A DNA stretch of 18,910 bases from a virus (taxonomy: Duplodnaviria > Heunggongvirae > Uroviricota > Caudoviricetes), in IMG/VR virus record IMGVR_UViG_3300031227_011131; one strand, 5' to 3'. A program made the translations under genes and the position numbers. Positions 13,590 to 18,910 of the stretch are shown here, piece after piece (position 1 is the first letter of the stretch; each line of letters opens with the position of its first letter). Under the pieces are notes generated by a model, which searched no databases, was not told where the DNA came from, and saw only the letters and a list, made by a program, of their open reading frames with translations.

Positions 13590-13876
13590 TGATGATAGTT
13601 GTGGTTGATTGTATTCCGAGTGGCGGCAGACCGATATATGATAAGAGGATTGATGGAACTGTCCAAGTTGTAGACGAGGTTGATGGAAAATTTGATGCTG
13701 TTGAGACAGGTCATGGCGCCGCTCGGGTGCTTGTGCCACTTTTTGGGCAAACACGGGAAATGACAAGTGTTATGACTGAGGTGATTGAGGAATATGCTAT
13801 AGAGGAATCGAATATTGTCATTGTTTTACAGGATGACAAGATTGGACTTTTGATACACAATGGAAACGCCATCTAA
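13586..13876 (+). CDS. Hypothetical protein
   Basis: Start overlaps the methyltransferase stop (TTGA/TGATG); normal codon usage. Confidence 0.65.
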   Translation: MMMIVVVDCIPSGGRPIYDKRIDGTVQVVDEVDGKFDAVETGHGAARVLVPLFGQTREMTSVMTEVIEEYAIEESNIVIVLQDDKIGLLIHNGNAI

Positions 13877-13903
13877 ATTCTCATTCATTATTGGAGAATA
13901 GTC

Positions 13904-14086
13904 ATGATTGATGCCGACTTGTTTAAATTGATCGAAGCATCCATTGCCGAGTCAATGGAAAACGACCGCATATTCAACTGCAAAGAGGGGCAATGTCAAA
14001 GTAAGGCGTTCATAGCCATGGTGAATCACGTTCGAGGATGTCGAAAAAGAAAAGATCAGGCTTTGTTGGACGAGATAGACACTTAG
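13904..14086 (+). CDS. Small hypothetical protein
   Basis: SD ggag; 60 aa. Confidence 0.55.
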   Translation: MIDADLFKLIEASIAESMENDRIFNCKEGQCQSKAFIAMVNHVRGCRKRKDQALLDEIDT

Positions 14087-14276
14087 GATGGCAAGTAGTC
14101 ATCGGCATCTTGGGAGTTATTTGTCAGTGATATTGCTGTGCATATAGCCAAGTTGACGAACGATGATATCATTGCTATAACAGAGAGGATATTTGGTGGA
14201 GAGATGAAGTTCATCAAAATGACTCAAGGCGAACGCGAAGCTTTTTGAGAAAAGTCGTCAATTTTTGGTTTGGCGT

Positions 14277-14285
14277 TGATATAAT
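14277..14285 (+). promoter_or_regulatory. Extended -10 promoter (TGA-TATAAT)
   Basis: Intergenic, upstream of tRNA remnants. Confidence 0.6.
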
Positions 14286-14297
14286 AAGTAGCAGATT

Positions 14298-14332
14298 GCC
14301 CATAGCTTAACTGGGAGAGTACCTGACTGGCG
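14298..14332 (+). pseudogene. tRNA 5' fragment
   Basis: TTGCCCA TA GCTT AACTGGGA GAGT A CCTGA CT, then no complementary anticodon strand or T arm. Confidence 0.5.
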
Positions 14333-14532
14333 TGGATTGGGCTTCTGATACGCTAATCAAGTGGAGGATATATGTTAGGGCAAAAGTTCAAGACTGTTAT
14401 AGAATGATCCTCAGACAATGGAACAGCTTCAGTTTAGGCTTCAGGAGTCGATTTCATGCGGAGGGTATTTTGGTCGGTTCGTCCTGGAGTTGAAGTAGCT
14501 TTTTGGTTGGTCAAAAAAGAGAACTGACTTTT

Positions 14533-14589
14533 GGGGCCATAGCTCAATTGGGAGAGCACCTCTTTCGTAAAGAGGAAGTTGCGGGTTCG
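14533..14589 (+). pseudogene. tRNA (anticodon CGT, Thr) truncated in the T-loop
   Basis: GGGGCCA TA GCTC AATTGGGA GAGC A CCTCT-TT CGT AA-AGAGG AAGTT GCGGG TTCG, then unrelated sequence. Confidence 0.8.
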
Positions 14590-14732
14590 GCTTCATATTT
14601 TCGAGGTCTCTCCTCAAGGAGAGTGGATTGAAATAACATCTTAATTTTGCGGGCAAGACAGGAAGTTTGAAGATGTCGTAATTGTCGTTGCAACAATTCT
14701 TTTATATTGGCGATTAGATGGAGGACGTTGAA

Positions 14733-14912
14733 ATGTTTGAATGGCTTTTTGGTCGTCGTTTGTGCGATGCTCCTGCTGATGTTCGTCGTCGTGGTCGCGC
14801 ATTGGTTTTTGGAGCTTCAGCTTCAGTAAAGCCTTCTGTTGAGATAGAGAAGGATAACGAAAGTGAGGAAAGCGATTGTGGAGAAGAAGAAGACGAAGAC
14901 AGCGACGGGTAG
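14733..14912 (+). CDS. Small protein with acidic tail
   Basis: SD ggagg, ATG 14733. Confidence 0.6.
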   Translation: MFEWLFGRRLCDAPADVRRRGRALVFGASASVKPSVEIEKDNESEESDCGEEEDEDSDG

Positions 14913-14971
14913 ACCTATTTTGTCATTTTATTTATGACCCAGAAGTTGGGGAATTCTATATTCAGGACGAT

Positions 14972-16255
14972 TTGTCTTATCGGATAGCCAGGAAGATTGC
15001 ATCAGATGATTATACGGCGATGGAAACAAAGACAAGAAGGATTAGTTTGAATTATATTTCAAAGGTTGCTGGCGAATTGGTACGGGTATCTCGGCTCCTG
15101 GTGGGATTCAGGGTCGAGATGACTCCCAAGACGGTGAAATCGGCTCGCTTGGAGTTCCTCAAGAGGCTTAGGGGTATAGAACGGGCAATCAAGACCGAGG
15201 ACGACGTGGAGGCTCAGGGGAAGGTTCTTAACGGTCTGCTCGAAACGGTGGAGAGGTTCTTCTATGATTGGCTTCTTGGAAAGCACATGCAGCGTGTCAC
15301 GTCTGGGGTGTCAAATGAGAAGCTCGATCCCATTGCCAGCGATCTACAGGGAACAGCGTGGGAATTCGTGATGGGCATCAGGGGACACGATCTGGAGATA
15401 CAGCTTACACCTCACTGGACACTCGATCCTGGCGAGTTTGAGAAGGTCAAGAAGAGGCTATTTGAGTCGATCAAGCGTAAGGCAAGGGCCGCGTTCAAGG
15501 ATGCGAACGAGTTTGTGGTCTATTCAAGCCAGGCTGGAGAGACTGTTGAGTTGGCCGAGAAAGTTACGGTTGGCAAGATGACCCTGGTTCCAGTTCAGGG
15601 CTCCGAGTCGAAACAGATGGCGAGGGCGGTGAAAGACGTGAAGAGGGCTGTGGGAGCGATCAAGTCCTCTGGGCTCGGCAAGGTGGTCCAAAAACCGATG
15701 GTCATTTTGGTACAACGACACGGCGAGGGCTTGGTGAGTGCTAAGTATGCCCCAGCGAAGGACATCATCACATTGTTGGGTCTAGCTAGTGACGGCACTG
15801 TGATTCACGAGTTCGGTCATCGGTATTGGTACAAGATTCTGGACAGCGGGCGTCGAAATTACTGGGATAGGGCGTTTAGGGGTGATTTGATAGAGATAAC
15901 CAAAACCGACATTGACGATGTATTGGACTTGGCCAAGCGTTCGCGTGGCGAGAACAAGTTGGATCAGTTGCGGGCTGGTGTTAAGACTTACGGTCGCTCT
16001 GGCGATCCTGTTCGCTCTCACAAGGCCAATTCTTTCTATCGGTCTATCTACCGTTGGTATGAGAAACCCGACTATTGGGAGAGGACTCGGAAGTTCTGGA
16101 TGGACGATTACGTTGGCAAGCCCGTGATGATGAACCATGTGACGGACTACGGGAACACGAACGCAGAGGAGGCCTTTGCGGAAGTGTTCATGCTCTACGT
16201 GCTGGGCGATTCGATAGTGCCGACTGTGGAGTATTGGTTCGAGCAGATCATCTGA
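14972..16255 (+). CDS. Zincin-like metallopeptidase domain protein (HExxH), GC-richer than flanks
   Basis: VIHEFGH plus downstream YGNTNAEEAFAEVF, as in lethal-factor-like/MPTase zincins. Start uncertain (TTG 14972 or ATG 15020). Confidence 0.7.
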   Translation: MSYRIARKIASDDYTAMETKTRRISLNYISKVAGELVRVSRLLVGFRVEMTPKTVKSARLEFLKRLRGIERAIKTEDDVEAQGKVLNGLLETVERFFYDWLLGKHMQRVTSGVSNEKLDPIASDLQGTAWEFVMGIRGHDLEIQLTPHWTLDPGEFEKVKKRLFESIKRKARAAFKDANEFVVYSSQAGETVELAEKVTVGKMTLVPVQGSESKQMARAVKDVKRAVGAIKSSGLGKVVQKPMVILVQRHGEGLVSAKYAPAKDIITLLGLASDGTVIHEFGHRYWYKILDSGRRNYWDRAFRGDLIEITKTDIDDVLDLAKRSRGENKLDQLRAGVKTYGRSGDPVRSHKANSFYRSIYRWYEKPDYWERTRKFWMDDYVGKPVMMNHVTDYGNTNAEEAFAEVFMLYVLGDSIVPTVEYWFEQII

Positions 16256-16432
16256 TTCCACCAACTTGATGATCGGTGGGATGTTAATAGATGCATCCAT
16301 TAACATTCCACACAGGGGATTATAGTCCTTCTGGCGCAAGATTAGCCATTCTATGAATTACTCATCATTGGGAATGGCGGCTATATAGATTTTAGTTGGT
16401 TAAGTTGATTGGCAATTTGTAATGGAGGTAAA

Positions 16433-16921
16433 ATGGGTGACATTGTTGATGTCAGGTTGTACATTTATTCGTTGTGTGTTTCTTATGATTTTCCAAGGCC
16501 GGACGTATACGATTCAGAAGGCGGCGTAGATAAGATATCCACGAGTTCAATTTATGTTGGCAAGCATGAAACGGATTCTGAGTTTCACGCTAAGAAGTTG
16601 TTTGCTCGATGGTTATGCAAGTTAGAAGCAGTCGGAGAGCGTTCTGACAAGATTGCTGAAATTATTGCACGTGGTTTGAATGGCAAAATTGACATTTTCA
16701 TAAAAAACAAACAAGAGATACAATGCAAGTGTGGCAGGCCATTGGGCAGGAAAAACAAGACAGGCAAATGTCAAAAGTGCATTTTGGATCAATCAAAGTG
16801 TCCTAAGAATCGTAAAGAGTTGATAAAAGATTTGCGGCGGTTTGGAAGCAATTCTGCAATTGCTCGACATTACGGTGTATCTGAGTCGTCTGTTCGTAGG
16901 TGGTTAAAAAGGATAGAGTAA
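16433..16921 (+). CDS. Homing-endonuclease-like protein: Zn finger plus C-terminal HTH, possible degenerate GIY-YIG N-terminus
   Basis: SD ggagg; LYIYSL...IYVGKHET, CKCG..CQKC, SAIARHYGVSESSVRRWL. Confidence 0.55.
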   Translation: MGDIVDVRLYIYSLCVSYDFPRPDVYDSEGGVDKISTSSIYVGKHETDSEFHAKKLFARWLCKLEAVGERSDKIAEIIARGLNGKIDIFIKNKQEIQCKCGRPLGRKNKTGKCQKCILDQSKCPKNRKELIKDLRRFGSNSAIARHYGVSESSVRRWLKRIE

Positions 16922-17187
16922 TGGCTGACGATGTAGTTTTGGTTGGGATAAGTTTTGACAATGAGTTGGCTGTTTTGTGGCATCACGATGTTATACTTGG
17001 CAGATTGATTCCCTGCAAGAACACAGCAATGCAGATTGTGCCGTGGTTTTACAGGGCAGATAGTGGCGAAGCACTAAAAGCTACTGGTGATTCGATAGAT
17101 TCGGCAATAGCATGTGTGTTAGGGAAACTGAAAAAGCAAGGTGTCATAGAAGATACCAGTCATTACATTACGATGTGTGAGCGGTAA
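16921..17187 (+). CDS. Hypothetical protein, 3' end altered by mini-element
   Basis: ATG overlaps the previous TAA; the stop codon lies inside the 17172-17219 element. Confidence 0.65.
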   Translation: MADDVVLVGISFDNELAVLWHHDVILGRLIPCKNTAMQIVPWFYRADSGEALKATGDSIDSAIACVLGKLKKQGVIEDTSHYITMCER

Positions 17188-17219
17188 AGCCCATCGTTTT
17201 AGGCGTGGGAGTATGTCAG
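17172..17219 (+). mobile_element. Minimal IS200/IS605-derived element, degenerate copy
   Basis: Follows TTAC (17168); gagcg..aaagccca..g.tttaggcgtgggagta.gtca shared with 13139-13184. Confidence 0.7.
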
Positions 17220-17238
17220 GTTTTGGAGATGGATTGAA

Positions 17239-17712
17239 TTGAGATGGCGAAGCAAGGGCGAATTTAGAGGAAAGTATTATGCTGGGCGTTGGGGTTACTT
17301 TTCAAAGGCTATTGGTCTTGCCAAGGAGTTTGATGTCAAGACGGTCTTAGAGATTGGGCCTTATACGACTTCTTTTTCTTCTGATTCAGATGTTATGGAT
17401 AGAGAGGATTTTGGCATTTCCAATAGGCTTATTCTTCATGATGTGGATATAATTCCTTGGCCAATTGACAACAAGTGTTATGACCTTGTAATTGCGACTC
17501 AAGTTTGGGAGCATTTGAAACATCCCAAAGAGGCATTTGCGGAAACAACTCGTATCGCCAAGCATGCCATTTTGTCATTTCCTTACAAGTGGAATAGCGG
17601 TACAAGAGAGCATCGTGGCATTGATGATGATAGAATTATAGAGATGACATCTTCTGATTTTTCGCGTCGTGAGATTGTTGGTCGTCGTGCAATTTTTGTT
17701 TGGTCATTTTAG
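17239..17712 (+). CDS. Class I SAM-methyltransferase-like protein
   Basis: VLEIGP motif I, YDLVIATQVWEHL; TTG start with SD ggag. Confidence 0.7.
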   Translation: MRWRSKGEFRGKYYAGRWGYFSKAIGLAKEFDVKTVLEIGPYTTSFSSDSDVMDREDFGISNRLILHDVDIIPWPIDNKCYDLVIATQVWEHLKHPKEAFAETTRIAKHAILSFPYKWNSGTREHRGIDDDRIIEMTSSDFSRREIVGRRAIFVWSF

Positions 17713-17763
17713 GCAGAGCAGGTGATACGTCATTATGACAATTGAGTTTGGAGAACAAGTAGT

Positions 17764-18417
17764 ATGAAAAACGAAATGGTATTGTGTATTGAAACGAGTT
17801 TGCTTTCGGAGAAGTTATCGGGTTGCGGTTTTGTTCCTATTGATACGGATAAGATGTTGGATGTTTTGGCTCCTGAGAATTTATGGCTTATTAGTAGGGC
17901 CAGGATAGAGGAGAACGAGGATTTCAGGCAAGTGATACCGTATGTCATTCTGACTTATGGGAATGATATTGTGATTTATTCTCGCACATCAGAAGGCGGG
18001 GAGGCAAGATTACATGATAAGATAAGTCTTGGTTTGGGCGGTCATGTCAATTTGTTTGATGCTGCGAATGCGTTGGCTAGTAGTGCAGCGATAAGCGAAC
18101 TTGTTACTTGTGCCCCGGACGGTGAGATTATAGTTGACAAAGCGATGAGTCGTGAGCTAATTGAAGAAGTTGGATTTACTCGCAACATGCGTAATATAAG
18201 GAATGAGTGTTTTTTAGGTTTCATTTTTGACGGTAGTGATGCTGTGAGTCGGAGTCACTTGGGCGTTGTATGGCGGATAGAGTTAAGGGAGAGAATTGAG
18301 TTGCATTCGTGTTCTGACATCAAAGATTGCCAGTATGTTCCTATTGAGCAGCTTATACAGTATGATTCACAGATGGAGAATTGGTCTAGGCTATGTCTTG
18401 ATTTTCTTGGGACTTGA
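17764..18417 (+). CDS. NUDIX-family hydrolase (COG4112/YmaB-like predicted phosphoesterase)
   Basis: RQVIPYV..YSR...GEARL...SLGLGGH, Nudix-box remnant RELIEEVG, HLGVV. Confidence 0.8.
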   Translation: MKNEMVLCIETSLLSEKLSGCGFVPIDTDKMLDVLAPENLWLISRARIEENEDFRQVIPYVILTYGNDIVIYSRTSEGGEARLHDKISLGLGGHVNLFDAANALASSAAISELVTCAPDGEIIVDKAMSRELIEEVGFTRNMRNIRNECFLGFIFDGSDAVSRSHLGVVWRIELRERIELHSCSDIKDCQYVPIEQLIQYDSQMENWSRLCLDFLGT

Positions 18418-18483
18418 CTTTTCTGTTGGATGAGTTATCATATAGTAGTTGTATTGTATTTCTTTTTCAAAAGGAGGCAACAG

Positions 18484-18771
18484 ATGCCTGGTGGAGATGG
18501 AACTGGTCCTGGTGGCCAAGGTCCGTTGACTGGTCGTGGGATGGGATATTGCAATGGCAATCCTACTCCTGGTTATATGAATCCTGGTTTTAGTGCTGTA
18601 AGAGGCGTTGCTCCGGGCGGTAGGGCTCGTGGTTTGCGTAACATGTCCCAAACGACTGGCGTGCCTGGTTATGTTCGTCAGCCGTCTGCACAGGGCGTTG
18701 CGCGTCCATTTGGAATGGGACGTGGACGTGGACGTGGACGTGGACGTGGACTTGGTAGGAGAGGCTGGTAG
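18484..18771 (+). CDS. DUF5320 family Gly/Arg-rich protein
   Basis: MPGGDGTGPGGQGPLTGRGMGYC start, SD aggagg, GR-repeat tail. Confidence 0.85.
   Translation: MPGGDGTGPGGQGPLTGRGMGYCNGNPTPGYMNPGFSAVRGVAPGGRARGLRNMSQTTGVPGYVRQPSAQGVARPFGMGRGRGRGRGRGLGRRGW
18718..18753 (+). repeat. (GGACGT)5 plus one variant, coding GR repeat
   Basis: Direct inspection. Confidence 0.9.
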
Positions 18772-18792
18772 CCTAAAGAGATTGTCAGTTTA

Positions 18793-18834
18793 GGGAGGGG
18801 GAAGTAAGTGCACAACTTCCCTCTCCCTTTTTTT
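18793..18834 (+). terminator. Intrinsic terminator
   Basis: 13-bp gggagggggaagt/acttccctctccc followed by T7. Confidence 0.9.
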
Positions 18835-18864
18835 CATAGAAATTCTGCAAACTTTTTCCGATTA

Positions 18865-18874
18865 GGTGATATAA
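18865..18874 (+). promoter_or_regulatory. GGTGATATAA promoter motif for the next gene (ATG at 18908)
   Basis: After the terminator; SD ggaagga before the ATG at the window end. Confidence 0.7.
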
Positions 18875-18910
18875 AGGTAGTGATACCTGATTTGGAAGGA
18901 GTTGAAGATG

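Noticed and set aside
4-14249. Genome-wide TAG recoding (genetic code 15)
   Set aside because: TAG ends several genes right before terminators or next genes (783, 2935, 6935, 9144, 12751), and there is no CTA-anticodon tRNA in the window.
14374-14409. MLGQKFKTVIE mini-ORF as an HNH/AP2 endonuclease remnant
   Set aside because: Only 11 codons; the resemblance to GxKFGxLTVI is too short to support.
14298-14450. Intron-containing tRNA (cctga at 14326 pairing with tcagg near 14443)
   Set aside because: No T-arm or acceptor 3' strand follows tcagg.
1-18910. All minus-strand ORFs in the track (e.g. 15782-16339, 8099-8548, 2519-2950)
   Set aside because: They are antisense shadows of + strand genes with recognisable motifs, SD sites and promoters; none has a motif or RBS of its own.

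Overview
Most likely a segment of a large (jumbo-type) bacteriophage genome; this is inferred from gene style, since no structural or replication hallmark gene lies in the window. All credible genes are on the + strand. They are mostly short hypothetical ORFs organised into small transcription units by intrinsic terminators and a recurrent GGTGATATAA promoter motif. Recognisable proteins: two MoxR/CobS-type AAA+ ATPases, a DUF3150/DUF6744-like protein, the C-terminal half of a split SbcC/Rad50 ATPase, a SEC-C protein, a RAMA-like protein, two class I SAM methyltransferases (one interrupted), a COG4112-type NUDIX hydrolase, a GC-richer HExxH zincin, homing-endonuclease-like remnants and DUF5320. 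From about 9.3 to 14.6 kb there is a tRNA region containing intact, chimeric and truncated tRNAs interleaved with unidentified structured RNAs. The most notable unexplained features are: (i) a gene-free 4.1-4.63 kb locus built of four boxA-like motifs, each followed by a self-contained folded RNA module; (ii) a tRNA-fMet split by a 531-bp insert at its T-loop, creating two chimeric tRNAs; (iii) tRNA-Pro genes with long variable arms and a tRNA-like 125-nt RNA; (iv) two 46-48 bp IS200/IS605-derived mini-elements inserted after TTAC. All structures and family calls were made by eye, without folding or database tools.
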